A stretch of DNA of 63,998 nucleotides, filler included, from Octopus bimaculoides (GCF_001194135.2; 10 parts of 8 records of this genome joined end to end with filler, not necessarily neighbours in it), one strand, 5' to 3'. Positions 24,494 to 38,385 are shown, numbered from the whole stretch's first letter. Notes: generated from the letters alone by a model not told the origin. Program-made: numbers and translations.

Positions 24494-24552
24494 TGGAGGC
24501 CCTGAAAAGATTGTATTCAGAGGAAGAAGAGCAGTTACTAAAGATATTAAAG
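24494..24552 (+). CDS. Candidate isolated exon (VEALKRLYSEEEEQLLKILK or GGPEKIVFRGRRAVTKDIK)
   Basis: Long pyrimidine tract plus ccatcaatcag acceptor, consensus donor AAG|gtaaga, 59 nt with two open frames. Confidence 0.35.
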
Positions 24553-25477
24553 GTAAGAACAAATAAAAATTATATAGAAAACCCACGTTCTTCCTCAGCA
24601 AAAGTCTGTCCTTGTATTCAAGTGAGAAAATCAATATTCATTTTATTATGTCTGTTATGTAAAAGTGATGAAACGACAACAACTACAGATAAATGGAAAT
24701 ATATTAAAATGAAAATTATTCAACAACAGCAAGAGCAACAACAACAAGAATAACAGCAACCGCAGCAGCAGCAGTAGTAGTAATAGAGACAGCAGCAAAG
24801 GCACAACAGTAATATAGAAAAACGTCTTGATCACGGCTGCCTGTTTGACAGTTATTCGTGGCATATTGTCCATTATGTTTCAATCAAATGTTTGTACCTG
24901 ATGGTTCTTTCGTGTTATTTTGAATTCACTTTAAGACTTTTATTGCTGTACAAATCGCTAAAACACCTGTGCTTTCTTTACAGTTCTTTGCTGCTTTGTA
25001 TTAAAGAATCTGAAGAAACAATGAGGAAACAATGCAATGGCATGCTTCCTACGTTAGTCTGTTACTTTATGGCTTAAGCGAGAAGTTAAAATAGGGAATA
25101 TCTTTACGTATTTGCATAATTGTGTGCGTATGCGTCTATCTGTGTTCTCATTGTTTTATATGAATATAAGATTTTGAATATGTGATTTTTAGTTAATGCA
25201 CGATACAAAATACATGTGTAAGCATGTAAATGTGTGTATGTATGTGCATGTATGTACGTGTGCTTCAATTGATTTATACATAGTTGAAGCACATATGATA
25301 ACTCTATTCTCAACAATGAATTCAACGTGGTTTTATTATTCCTTTTTTTTTATTCAATTCCTTATTTAAATGTACGCGTATGAATTCGGGTAAATATAAC
25401 AAAGGCGACGTGAGTACGTAAGTGCTTGCACGTGTATGTGTGTGAGTCAGTGTCTGTCTGTATGTATGTATGTGTGA

Positions 25478-25516
<39 letters not shown>

Positions 25517-26386
25517 TTGAGTCTGCGTGTGCATATGAGTGCATGTGAAGGGGAAAGGTGAATCTGTTCGCGCATGTGTATCATTGAACTTGTGTGACTA
25601 TGAGTGTATTTGTTGGTGTGCATATATTGGTGTGATAATGATAAATTTTCACTTTGACTAAAAATAATATATATAATCCGGCCCAGCGACAAAATTTGAA
25701 TCGACTGGATTTGAACTCAAAACTGTGAGCTAGCGAAGTAAACACCAGAGCACCAAAAACATTCAGTTTTTAATAGCTGTTTCTAATAGGGTAAATGAAC
25801 CAAAGAGATGTTGTTTCATGGTCGCTCTTCCAGCGAGAGATAACAGCCAAATCGCCATCAGACTAGAACCGCACCATCTTAAAAAAGGGACACACAAGAT
25901 AATGCAGTTTTTAAATATTTTGTCCGGTCATGACCATCTCTTAAAGATGGGGTAGTCAAAGCTGGATTGCCCTTGATTTTAGATCTGTTAGGAAAAAGTT
26001 GACCTGGAGCTAAAAAAAAAAGACAGCATACGTCTGTTAACTGAAATGGTTACAAGAAATTACACAAGAAGTTATGAAGGTGATGCCTTTCTGATAGAAG
26101 AAGCAAATTATTAGCTATCATTCCAATAAATATTTCTTACATTCACACAAACTCACTGATGTTGTTTGGCACAATATAATCCTTGATTGAGCAGGTTTGA
26201 GAGTAAAGACGTTCTAGTCGAGATGATCAGATTTGTAAATCTAGAATTACATTATGAATCTTTAAGACGGTAGTTACATAAATTTGATGGAAACATAGTT
26301 CTAGACAATGGTATTTGACGTAAGTAACTACTTGAAGTATATTTGCACGTGTGTAGAATGATATGACAATCTTTGAGAACATTTCA

Positions 26387-26458
26387 GGAGTCCGAAGATC
26401 CCATAGCTACAACGAAATCTTCAGAACGTCGATTGTAGTTATGGGGTCTACGGACTCC
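26387..26458 (+). ncRNA. 72-nt pre-miRNA-like hairpin
   Basis: Arms ggagtccgaagatcccatagctacaa and ttgtagttatggggtctacggactcc pair at 25 of 26 positions (two G-U pairs, one A-A mismatch) around a 20-nt loop. Confidence 0.4.
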
Positions 26459-26762
26459 ATCTAGGTTGCAGATTTTGTGGTTTGTTTATTCTTCACAAAC
26501 TAAAGAACTTCTAGAACCTGAGGTGGGGTATGTGGACTTTATAGGGATAACACTCTCCCACCGACTTCCGGAATTGGAAAGACTGAGAAAACCTCTCCAT
26601 ACTTTCTTCGTGAAATTCGGCCCCTCTTTATCTTTCAAAAGGTGTGGTAAAGGGCTGACTTTTTGGATTCTATACTAGACTGAGATACGAAATTATACTC
26701 CCCATACCATGCAGCCAATCGGAATCTCCACTACGTACATATGTGTGTATGTGTGTGTGTGC

Positions 26763-26798
<36 letters not shown>

Positions 26799-28182
26799 NN
26801 NNNNNNNNNNNNNNNNNNNNNNNNNNNNNNNNNNNNNNNNNNNNNNNNNNNNNNNNNNNNNNNNNNNNNNNNNNNNNNNNNNNNNNNNNNNNNNNNNNNN
26901 NNNNNNNNNNNNNNNNNNNNNNNNNNNNNNNNNNNNNNNNNNNNNNNNNNNNNNNNNNNNNNNNNNNNNNNNNNNNNNNNNNNNNNNNNNNNNNNNNNNN
27001 NNNNNNNNNNNNNNNNNNNNNNNNNNNNNNNNNNNNNNNNNNNNNNNNNNNNNNNNNNNNNNNNNNNNNNNNNNNNNNNNNNNNNNNNNNNNNNNNNNNN
27101 NNNNNNNNNNNNNNNNNNNNNNNNNNNNNNNNNNNNNNNNNNNNNNNNNNNNNNNNNNNNNNNNNNNNNNNNNNNNNNNNNNNNNNNNNNNNNNNNNNNN
27201 NNNNNNNNNNNNNNNNNNNNNNNNNNNNNNNNNNNNNNNNNNNNNNNNNNNNNNNNNNNNNNNNNNNNNNNNNNNNNNNNNNNNNNNNNNNNNNNNNNNN
27301 NNNNNNNNNNNNNNNNNNNNNNNNNNNNNNNNNNNNNNNNNNNNNNNNNNNNNNNNNNNNNNNNNNNNNNNNNNNNNNNNNNNNNNNNNNNNNNNNNNNN
27401 NNNNNNNNNNNNNNNNNNNNNNNNNNNNNNNNNNNNNNNNNNNNNNNNNNNNNNNNNNNNNNNNNNNNNNNNNNNNNNNNNNNNNNNNNNNNNNNNNNNN
27501 NNNNNNNNNNNNNNNNNNNNNNNNNNNNNNNNNNNNNNNNNNNNNNNNNNNTATATTCCGTAAAGAACGTTCTTTTAATTTCTTTCTTTAAATATTGTTT
27601 GTTGCTACTGTTTTCTGTTAAAGGTTAACTTTACTAAAGGTGTTTACTGAGAGGATAACTTTTCAGTTGACATGAAATTCCTAGCGCCGATCTTGTTTAA
27701 GTGTTAAAATCAGTTTAGGCTGGATAAGTGAATGCACTTGACAAGATACTTATTGACACCAGAGCAGATGTTAAACGAAAAGGGAAAAAGAGGAGAGAGA
27801 AAGAGAGAGAGAGAAAGCGAGTGAGAGAGAGCGTCGCCTCAGAACCATCATCCTTCCAGAAGCTATGTATGTAAGCTAAAAGGCTGAGAAATGTGATGTC
27901 GAAACAGAAGAATATGAAGTATAAGGTTCCAACTGTCTTTCAGTATTTTTCTAGCACATCAATTTCGCTATGTCACTTGAGAATCGGACTATGTACGTGT
28001 CACCTGCTGAGTGACTGCGTTGTCAATTATGCCAGGACGACCTAACGTACATAGCAAAGTGTGAATGTCACAACATCCCATTTAAACCTCTCCTAAAATC
28101 TTGATATCTTGATATGATTTTATTGAAGTGTGTTTCACTTCATTGGTTTTTCATTTATTTTTCTTTCTAGCTCTCTGTCTGT

Positions 28183-28279
<97 letters not shown>

Positions 28280-28445
28280 TCCCTGGTCCTAGCATCTTCA
28301 ACGTATGCAAATGAAACTATGATGCTCATTTCATCCTCCATTGATATTGGTTTCAAATTTTGGCACAAGGCCAGCAAGTTCGGGGACAGGGATAAGTCGA
28401 TTACCTTGATCCCAGTACTTAACTGGTACATATTTTGTAATTTGT

Positions 28446-29255
28446 TCACAGTGCTTGTTCCTGGGCGCTACATAGCAAAGCCTCAGTGTATCCTTTCAGA
28501 TCACTTTTTCTTAGCCATCTCCAAGTATTGATCTTGTCTCTTCCATCGATTTCTCTGAGGTATTGCCTATGAAGTGATTTCATTTTCCAGTTGTTTACTC
28601 TTTCTTCTTCATCTTGTTTCTTAAATGTTTGTGGGTGCATTACATTTCCGGTAGGTATTGTATTGTTAATTCTAACAGCGGCAATCAAGGATTCACTCTT
28701 CTGTTTGATGTACCATACCAGACTGTTCTTCTCGTTGACAATACAGATCTTGCATCCTATAAGACCTCTTCCTCCCCTGTTTCTGTTGAAACTAAGTCAT
28801 TTATTTCACGTTCGGTCTTTCCAAAGACCTTTAAATCATCCATATACAACAGATGATTTAATTTTCCTCCACTTTTCAAGATGTACCCCGATGTCACTTT
28901 CCGTAGTATCTGTGTGAGGGATATCATACAAATCACAAACAGCAATGGAGATAAGATATCTCCTTGAAATATGCCTCTCTTGAAGTTAACCCTCGCCAAA
29001 AATTTTCTACGTGAGGTTAACTCTGTATTCCAGTTTTTCATCGATCTCTTAATAAAATTTGATATTGTTATCAGACACCTGTACCTGCTCAAGACTTTCT
29101 AAAATCCAGGAATGGGGGACCTTGTCATACGCTTTCTTATAATCGATCCACGCCATGGCCAAATTAATAAGTCCTTTCTTGCAGTCGCTCAGTACCATTC
29201 TATTTATCAGAAGTTGGTCTTTTCTCCTTCAGCTTTTTCTTCTACACCCTTTCTG
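28446..29255 (-). mobile_element. R4/Dong-clade LINE reverse transcriptase fragment, internally deleted
   Basis: QKGCRRKS..KDQLLINRMV..AWIDYKKAYDKVPHSWI, RGIFQGDILSPLLF, NHLLYMDDLKVF, WRWLRKSDLKGYTEALLCSAQEQAL. Confidence 0.92.
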
Positions 29256-29313
29256 TTATTATTATTGTTATTATTATTATTATTATTTTTTTTTTTTTTT
29301 TTTTTTTTTTTTT

Positions 29314-29413
29314 NNNNNNNNNNNNNNNNNNNNNNNNNNNNNNNNNNNNNNNNNNNNTTAATTAATTAANNNNNNNNNNNNNNNNNNNNNNNNNNNNNNN
29401 NNNNNNNNNNNNN
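29314..29413. other. Artificial scaffold spacer N44-TTAATTAATTAA-N44
   Basis: The same motif lies inside N runs at 29358, 37551, 42264, 46559, 49080, 51281, 54856, 58784 and 62129. It encodes stops in all six frames. Confidence 0.95.
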
Positions 29414-29982
29414 AACACGTACAGAAGCGACGAGAGGGGGCATCCCTGACGGACCGAACGTGCTATGTCGAAGGGTCTTGATAGATGCCCATTGACGCGA
29501 ACTACCGAACGGATGCCTCTGTACAAGGCAGCCATCCAGCCACGGAAAATGGGACCGAAGCCGGCCGATATGAGGACAGCCTCCAAGTATTGATGGTCTA
29601 CCCTATTGAAAGCTTTCGATTGATCTAAATTAATCAGGGCCCCACCCATGCCAGGTTCCTTAACTACCCGCTCTATGATGTAGCGCATCAGATGGAAGTT
29701 GTCATGGATGCTCCTGCCCGGCACGGCGCACGTTTGCGCCTTGCCGATCAGTTTCTCGATGACAANNNNNNNNNNCGCATCAGATGGAAGTTGTCATGGA
29801 TGCTCCTGCCCGGCACGGCGCACGTTTGCGCCTTGCCGATCAGTTTCTCGATGACAAGCGCCAACCGCTTGGCTAACACCTTGGCCAAAATTTTCAAGTC
29901 TGCATTGAGCAGAGTGATGAGCCTAAAGTTATCTATGAGGTCCCCCTTGTTTGGAACTTTCTTCAGCAGCGTTACGGCTCCT
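29414..29982 (-). mobile_element. Tx1/L1-clade LINE reverse transcriptase fragment
   Basis: NFRLITLLNADLKILAKVLAKRL..QTCAVPGRSIHDN..INLDQSKAFNRVDHQYL..SVRQGCPLSSLLYV. An 80-bp segment is repeated across the 10-N gap. Confidence 0.92.
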
Positions 29983-31798
29983 ATAGATAGATAGATAGAT
30001 AGATAGACAGATATAAATGTGTAACAATTCATGTTGTACACAAAGTATAACGGACGGAATTAATCCTTGCTGTCTTACAGAATTTCTTCGGCAATAAATT
30101 TAAGGATTTCAATCTACTGTCCAAAACTGAACTCATTCTTGTTCTACCAGCTTCCGTACAGTTTCATTCTACGAAATTCTCCACTACACTGTATAAAATA
30201 CTCACTGATGTAATTTGTTGCTCCGATGAATCGAAACCAGTGCCACGTGCTTTGAATCCAAACTTGTTAAACACACGTGTAAGCATACGCCTACGTGTAT
30301 ATTATCTCCTATGACATATCCTTGTGTTATTTCTTCATTAACGCTTTTCACATCAGAGCAAAGACGTTAAGCCATACCCCCATCTTTTCCAACACCTTCT
30401 GCCCATACACACACACATATATAGCCATTATTTTATAGGTTTCATCGTTCAATATCCACGTTATGTATACCTTTGTTGTGTTTGATATTGCTATTGTAGA
30501 TGATGATTATACGACTAGATCTTTCTTTTGACGCTTTTGATATTCAAGTAAGTGTTCGTGTTATTGTTCATATTCTTGTTCTTCTTCATGGCGTTATTGT
30601 TGTTGCAATTATTGACGTTATTGTTTTCGTTNNNNNNNNNNNNNNNNNNNNNNNNNNNNNNNNNNNNNNNNNNNNNNNNNNNNNNNNNNNNNNNNNNNNN
30701 NNNNNNNNNNNNNNNNNNNNNNNNNNNNNNNNNNNNNNNNNNNNNNNNNNNNNNNNNNNNNNNNNNNNNNNNNNNNNNNNNNNNNNNNNNNNNNNNNNNN
30801 NNNNNNNNNNNNNNNNNNNNNNNNNNNNNNNNNNNNNNNNNNNNNNNNNNNNNNNNNNNNNNNNNNNNNNNNNNNNNNNNNNNNNNNNNNNNNNNNNNNN
30901 NNNNNNNNNNNNNNNNNNNNNNNNNNNNNNNNNNNNNNNNNNNNNNNNNNNNNNNNNNNNNNNNNNNNNNNNNNNNNNNNNNNNNNNNNNNNNNNNNNNN
31001 NNNNNNNNNNNNNNNNNNNNNNNNNNNNNNNNNNNNNNNNNNNNNNNNNNNNNNNNNNNNNNNNNNNNNNNNNNNNNNNNNNNNNNNNNNNNNNNNNNNN
31101 NNNNNNNNNNNNNNNNNNNNNNNNNNNNNNNNNNNNNNNNNNNNNNNNNNNNNNNNNNNNNNNNNNNNNNNNNNNNNNNNNNNNNNNNNNNNNNNNNNNN
31201 NNNNNNNNNNNNNNNNNNNNNNNNNNNNNNNNNNNNNNNNNNNNNNNNNNNNNNNNNNNNNNNNNNNNNNNNNNNNNNNNNNNNNNNNNNNNNNNNNNNN
31301 NNNNNNNNNNNNNNNNNNNNNNNNNNNNATATATATATATATATAGCTGTTGTTCTTCTTCTATTCTGAATATACCAGGAGCAGCAAAATGTTCACTGAT
31401 AAGAGAAAGACGGAGAGAAAAGAGAAAAGCTCAACAAAAAAGTTAGGAAAGTTGCAAAATGAATCCCTGTAATCGCTGTGCGCGATCTCATCTTGTAATA
31501 TAACAAAAAGTAATAACTCCAGCAGCATAGAGAATAAGATCCAAATACTTAGACAAACGCACAGAGAAACACATACACATCTATGTGTATGCTTATACCC
31601 GTATATGTATGCGTATGAACTTGTTAGTGTGTGGGTGTATGTGAGTGATATACTCATCGCTTAGGTAGCGTGCATACCACCTCGTTTATCTACAGATCCA
31701 TGTATGGACGTCTGTTTATAAACACATATACATATGTACGGACATAAGCATTAATGTGTATATGAGTATGCAACGATATATGTGCGCGTGCATGTATG

Positions 31799-31836
<38 letters not shown>

Positions 31837-33146
31837 NNNNNNNNNNNNNNNNNNNNNNNNNNNNNNNNNNNNNNNNNNNNNNNNNNNNNNNNNNNNNNNN
31901 NNNNNNNNNNNNNNNNNNNNNNNNNNNNNNNNNNNNNNNNNNNNNNNNNNNNNNNNNNNNNNNNNNNNNNNNNNNNNNNNNNNNNNNNNNNNNNNNNNNN
32001 NNNNNNNNNNNNNNNNNNNNNNNNNNNNNNNNNNNNNNNNNNNNNNNNNNNNNNNNNNNNNNNNNNNNNNNNNNNNNNNNNNNNNNNNNNNNNNNNNNNN
32101 NNNNNNNNNNNNNNNNNNNNNNNNNNNNNNNNNNNNNNNNNNNNNNNNNNNNNNNNNNNNNNNNNNNNNNNNNNNNNNNNNNNNNNNNNNNNNNNNNNNN
32201 NNNNNNNNNNNNNNNNNNNNNNNNNNNNNNNNNNNNNNNNNNNNNNNNNNNNNNNNNNNNNNNNNNNNNNNNNNNNNNNNNNNNNNNNNNNNNNNNNNNN
32301 NNNNNNNNNNNNNNNNNNNNNNNNNNNNNNNNNNNNNNNNNNNNNNNNNNNNNNNNNNNNNNNNNNNNNNNNNNNNNNNNNNNNNNNNNNNNNNNNNNNN
32401 NNNNNNNNNNNNNNNNNNNNNNNNNNNNNNNNNNNNNNNNNNNNNNNNNNNNNNNNNACGCATACCCGCATTCACGGGGACACACATATATATTTTCATA
32501 CATATGTACATGCGTACGTACATTCATATATTAATACCAACACACTCATACATATCTACACATACGAAGCAAATGTATCACGTATGATTCCCCACAAGCA
32601 GTAATTGCATCGTGTAGACATTATTAGACATAAGTTTTAACCAAAGAAACACCAGCAATAATAGCTTGTCGTGGATGGAAAGACGACAGGGAAGCGACTG
32701 GTGAGTGAGTAGAAAGTGTGCGGAAAGTTAGTGAAATGTGAGTGGAACGTGGCTGGAATGTATGTGGAAAACAACATGGCGGGTCTTGTTCATTCATTTC
32801 ATTTTCTTTCTACGCCATTTTATTTCGTCTTTACTTTATCATTCAATGTATATTAAGCGAACCTACCTTATTTTCCTACACACCCTTGATGTTTTCATTA
32901 ACTATCTTACCATTATAAGACTGTTTGTATTTTTGCTTCTTGTTTAGGGTTATATTTGTTTATTTTTTGTTTGTGTGTTGTTTGTATGTATGTATCTTTG
33001 TTAGTTTGTTTCTTGTCTGGTTGTATGTGTATTTTTTTTCACTTCTGTTGCAATACTGCTGTTTTATGTCTTCATTGCTTGGTTTTTCGGACTGTTATTG
33101 TTATTGTTGTTGTTGTTTTTATCAATATACGCGTATGTATTTTGAT

Positions 33147-33213
<67 letters not shown>

Positions 33214-33786
33214 TATATGTAGGTATGCATATACGTAGAAATATATCTGTATAAATACANNNNNNNNNNNNNNNNNNNNNNNNNNNNNNNNNNNNNNNNN
33301 NNNNNNNNNNNNNNNNNNNNNNNNNNNNNNNNNNNNNNNNNNNNNNNNNNNNNNNNNNNNNNNNNNNNNNNNNNNNNNNNNNNNNNNNNNNNNNNNNNNN
33401 NNNNNNNNNNNNNNNNNNNNNNNNNNNNNNNNNNNNNNNNNNNNNNNNNNNNNNNNNNNNNNNNNNNNNNNNNNNNNNNNNNNNNNNNNNNNNNNNNNNN
33501 NNNNNNNNNNNATATACATACACACATACATGATGTACAAAGATATATATATAAACATATACGTAAATACATGCGTGTGTATCAGTGTGTGTGTGTCTGT
33601 GTCTGTCTGTGTGCGTGCGCTTGTGTAACCATGTATACATCTGTGTTTGTGTTTGTATTGTTATGTGATAATGTGTATGTTCAGTTGATATCAATATATA
33701 TGAAACTGTTTTTGCTCACATACATACATACATAATACATATATACGTATGCATAACGCATGTATCTATGTGTATATGTATGCATG

Positions 33787-33820
<34 letters not shown>

Positions 33821-36372
33821 CGTATGTAGGTACGTACGTATCTATGTACAAGCATATTCCAAAACAAAAATATTATGAAAATGTGTATGTACGTGTCTCT
33901 TTACATATGCATGTATCTGCGAGTGTGTGCGCGCGCGGGTGTGTGTGTGTGTTTTATCATTGTTAATGTTGTTTCTACTTTTATTACAGCAAAACGTCAT
34001 ATGGAATCATTGCGTACATTAAATATTGCGTTCATCTTGTGTGACAAACACATACTTGCTTAAACACACGCACAAACACGCACACGCACACATACAGAAA
34101 CATACACACATACACACGCACGCACAGATACACACACTAGTTGTGCGTACATCCGCGCTCGCACAACCAAAAATACATTCACACACACATTTTCATTAAG
34201 CACAATCTTTCCCTTATAAAGCTTACTTCTTTGGAGTGATGTAAACAGAATATTGTCATTATATATATATATACATACATATATATATATATGTATANNN
34301 NNNNNNNNNNNNNNNNNNNNNNNNNNNNNNNNNNNNNNNNNNNNNNNNNNNNNNNNNNNNNNNNNNNNNNNNNNNNNNNNNNNNNNNNNNNNNNNNNNNN
34401 NNNNNNNNNNNNNNNNNNNNNNNNNNNNNNNNNNNNNNNNNNNNNNNNNNNNNNNNNNNNNNNNNNNNNNNNNNNNNNNNNNNNNNNNNNNNNNNNNNNN
34501 NNNNNNNNNNNNNNNNNNNNNNNNNNNNNNNNNNNNNNNNNNNNNNNNNNNNNNNNNNNNNNNNNNNNNNNNNNNNNNNNNNNNNNNNNNNNNNNNNNNN
34601 NNNNNNNNNNNNNNNNNNNNNNNNNNNNNNNNNNNNNNNNNNNNNNNNNNNNNNNNNNNNNNNNNNNNNNNNNNNNNNNNNNNNNNNNNNNNNNNNNNNN
34701 NNNNNNNNNNNNNNNNNNNNNNNNNNNNNNNNNNNNNNNNNNNNNNNNNNNNNNNNNNNNNNNNNNNNNNNNNNNNNNNNNNNNNNNNNNNNNNNNNNNN
34801 NNNNNNNNNNNNNNNNNNNNNNNNNNNNNNNNNNNNNNNNNNNNNNNNNNNNNNNNNNNNNNNNNNNNNNNNNNNNNNNNNNNNNNNNNNNNNNNNNNNN
34901 NNNNNNNNNNNNNNNNNNNNNNNNNNNNNNNNNNNNNNNNNNNNNNNNNNNNNNNNNNNNNNNNNNNNNNNNNNNNNNNNNNNNNNNNNNNNNNNNNNNN
35001 NNNNNNNNNNNNNNNNNNNNNNNNNNNNNNNNNNNNNNNNNNNNNNNNNNNNNNNNNNNNNNNNNNNNNNNNNNNNNNNNNNNNNNNNNNNNNNNNNNNN
35101 NNNNNNNNNNNNNNNNNNNNNNNNNNNNNNNNNNNNNNNNNNNNNNNNNNNNNNNNNNNNNNNNNNNNNNNNNNNNNNNNNNNNNNNNNNNNNNNNNNNN
35201 NNNNNNNNNNNNNNNNNNNNNNNNNNNNNNNNNNNNNNNNNNNNNNNNNNNNNNNNNNNNNNNNNNNNNNNNNNNNNACATATATACATATATATACATA
35301 CATACATGCATATATCCATATGTGTGCATGTTTGTATGTGTGTGTACGTGTGTGTGTTATTTGTTCGTTGTGTTGCTTGACAGTCGGTGTCCATTTGTTT
35401 ACGTCACCGTAGCTTAACTGCTCAGCAAAAAGAACAGATAAAATAAGAACCAGATTTTCAAAAAATAAGTAGAGGTGCTGATTACGTTTTTCTTAAACTC
35501 CGTTAAGGTGTTGCCCCTGCATGGCTGCTCTTCAATGACTGAAACAAGTAAAGATAAAAGATGAATACAAAGTGTTATTTGACGGAGATTCAGCTGTTAT
35601 TTTCAGCATATTCAGCGGCCACAGTATTTTTGTTGTTGCCGTTTACATCCGAACATATCCTCTAATTGAAAGCTCTTTAGCCGTCACACCTCCGTAGTTT
35701 AATTTATAATATTATTATTGAAGACTACTAATCATGCTGTAACGTAGGAAATGGCTTAAGGATGAATCAGCTGCTATTTTAAGCAGATTGTGTGACATTG
35801 TAGCAGAATGTACTTTCCTGGTGTTGTTGTTCTTGTTGTTACTATCGGAAACAATTCAAATATGGGTATTCTGGATCTGAATGACTTACAGGGCGAGTAT
35901 GGAGGAAACACATAGAGGAAACACATAGAGTCCTATGAAATGCATCTACTGGTGGCATATCTAGTGTAACGTCATGTGCTGCCAAATACAGAAACATATG
36001 TTACAGTTCGAATTAAGGAACAGGAAGTATTGCTCGTTTTCTTTTATCTCATTATACATACATACATACATACATACTTATACATACATACTGTATATGT
36101 ATATATATATATATATGTATATATCTATATCTATATCTATATATATACATATGGTTATACATACACACACACATCTGGAGTGACGTTATCCAAAGGCAAA
36201 ACACATTGAATACTAACCAACGAGGGAACCTGCGCAGTCCCACTCTTTACTAGATATATATATAACGGCAACAGCAGACAAATCTCCTTCATCACACAAT
36301 CTACAATCTTCAAAACTAGACAATAAAACACAGAATGATATATTGATATTTTTCAAGGTAGAGAGTACTTAC

Positions 36373-36424
36373 TAAACCGACAAGGAAACCTTCAGATCTA
36401 TTTTAGCGGACACCTGTTGCATAT
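36373..36424 (-). other. Candidate 52-nt exon, coding status unknown
   Basis: Long pyrimidine tract plus ctgtcacag acceptor, consensus gtaagt donor; one open frame, MQQVSAKIDLKVSLSV. Confidence 0.3.
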
Positions 36425-37366
36425 CTGTGACAGATCGATTTAAAAGAAAAGGAAAAAAGAAACAAAAAAACCCCAATAACGTTTCTAACTGAGAAAAAAA
36501 AATAAAAACACGGATGGAAAGAATGAGATAGCGAGAGATAGAGACAGAGACCCAAATAAGCCTGTCTTTCATGTAGAACAAGTCGTGCGGTACATGCGGA
36601 TAAAACATACGCTAGAAAGCGCCGGGTCACGAAGATCATTTGAATTAATCGACTAAGGATTTATATAATACATGAATCAAAAACAAAGACAATAATAAAA
36701 GAAAAACACATCCCAGAACAGACAGCACTGTATGTACATGTATATATATATGGGTGTGTGTGTATATATATATTTATTTCTGTATGTATAAATATATATA
36801 TGTACATATCTGCAGCTTTATTTTCAAAGGGAGATATATGTTCAGTGAAGCAGTAATTAATTCACATATCACGAAAAGCCGATGGAGGAATCTCTATAAC
36901 AGTGGCTAGAGGTACTAGAAATAACAACCAAATCTAATACAAATCGTCTGCTATATCACGGAAAAAAGAAAAATCAATAGAAGAAATGAAATCGTTTTCT
37001 CTAACTTCTGCATGAAGTAGCCAAATTCTCCCCCACCCCAATTACCTATCATTATTAAAAGAAATGAAAAAATAGAATGCCTACGAATGGCATAGCGCAC
37101 ATTCGTTTCTTCGCTTCTTTCAGAAGAAACCAATAAGTATCAGGTGTATCCTGTCATTCCATTACCAGATCCAGTCATTATCACGGTGTGATGCCTTGTG
37201 TAGCTCATTTACTCTGAGAGCGTTGCCGAGATAAACGCTGAATTATCTTCTCCCTACTAATCAACATGTATGTGTGTGTGTGTGGAGTTTCTGAAGTGGT
37301 GTACAGATATTGTATATTAAAGAGAAGGAGAGAGAAAGATAAGGAGCTGGGCATATATATATATAT

Positions 37367-37426
<60 letters not shown>

Positions 37427-37606
37427 ATACACATACGTACATACACGCATATATACACACATATATACATGAGTATATGTACGTTTATAAAATATGAGAC
37501 CAAAGGNNNNNNNNNNNNNNNNNNNNNNNNNNNNNNNNNNNNNNNNNNNNTTAATTAATTAANNNNNNNNNNNNNNNNNNNNNNNNNNNNNNNNNNNNNN
37601 NNNNNN

Positions 37607-37649
<43 letters not shown>

Positions 37650-38385
37650 CCCATACAATAAAAACATTCACAATTTTACATCTACTAAATACCACTCATA
37701 AGGAATCCTACCATTTCATGTGATTTCAAAATAAACTCGATCAAAGGCCACCGCAAAGTACAACTGACATGAATCACATGGTTAAGAAGGCGATTTCTCA
37801 ACTACAGACTCTTGTTTGCGCAATACATGAAATATTTTCATGTCACTTGTTAAAAACTATGAATATGAAAACAAAAATATTGCCATCTTGGGAGAAAACC
37901 TGATTTCCTTTACAAATTTCTTAAAATGTTTTACGATTTTCTTCTTAGTAATGTATTCTTTTTAATATAATTTTTTTCTCTTTGGTATAAATTTATATTC
38001 AAACTCGTATTGCTAGTATTTCCATTTTGTTACTACAAACAAATGTGAGGTTTTGCAAACAGTAGCAAACTACTTTTAGGGTCATATGTGATTTTATATT
38101 TCCGATCGTATTCCTGTACAACAAATACAACCATGCACATGATGTTTTATTTCATTTACCTCAAATCGATTTCTTACATAAGAACAAGATTTTGACATTT
38201 ATAAAAGCGATAAAAATGAGACTGTGTCAACAGTATCATTTTAGTGATTCAACGTAAGTGAAAAGGATTCATTTCAACGGCGTGAAAACAAATATGTACA
38301 GGTATAAAAATTATGTAACAAGTTGACCACAGCATGACCGCAACATAATGGCCGACTTTGTTTTATTATGAAATTTACTGTTTAG

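Noticed and set aside
29685-29855. 80-bp direct duplication inside the Tx1 RT
   Set aside because: Identical copies straddle a 10-N gap, typical of an unmerged contig overlap.
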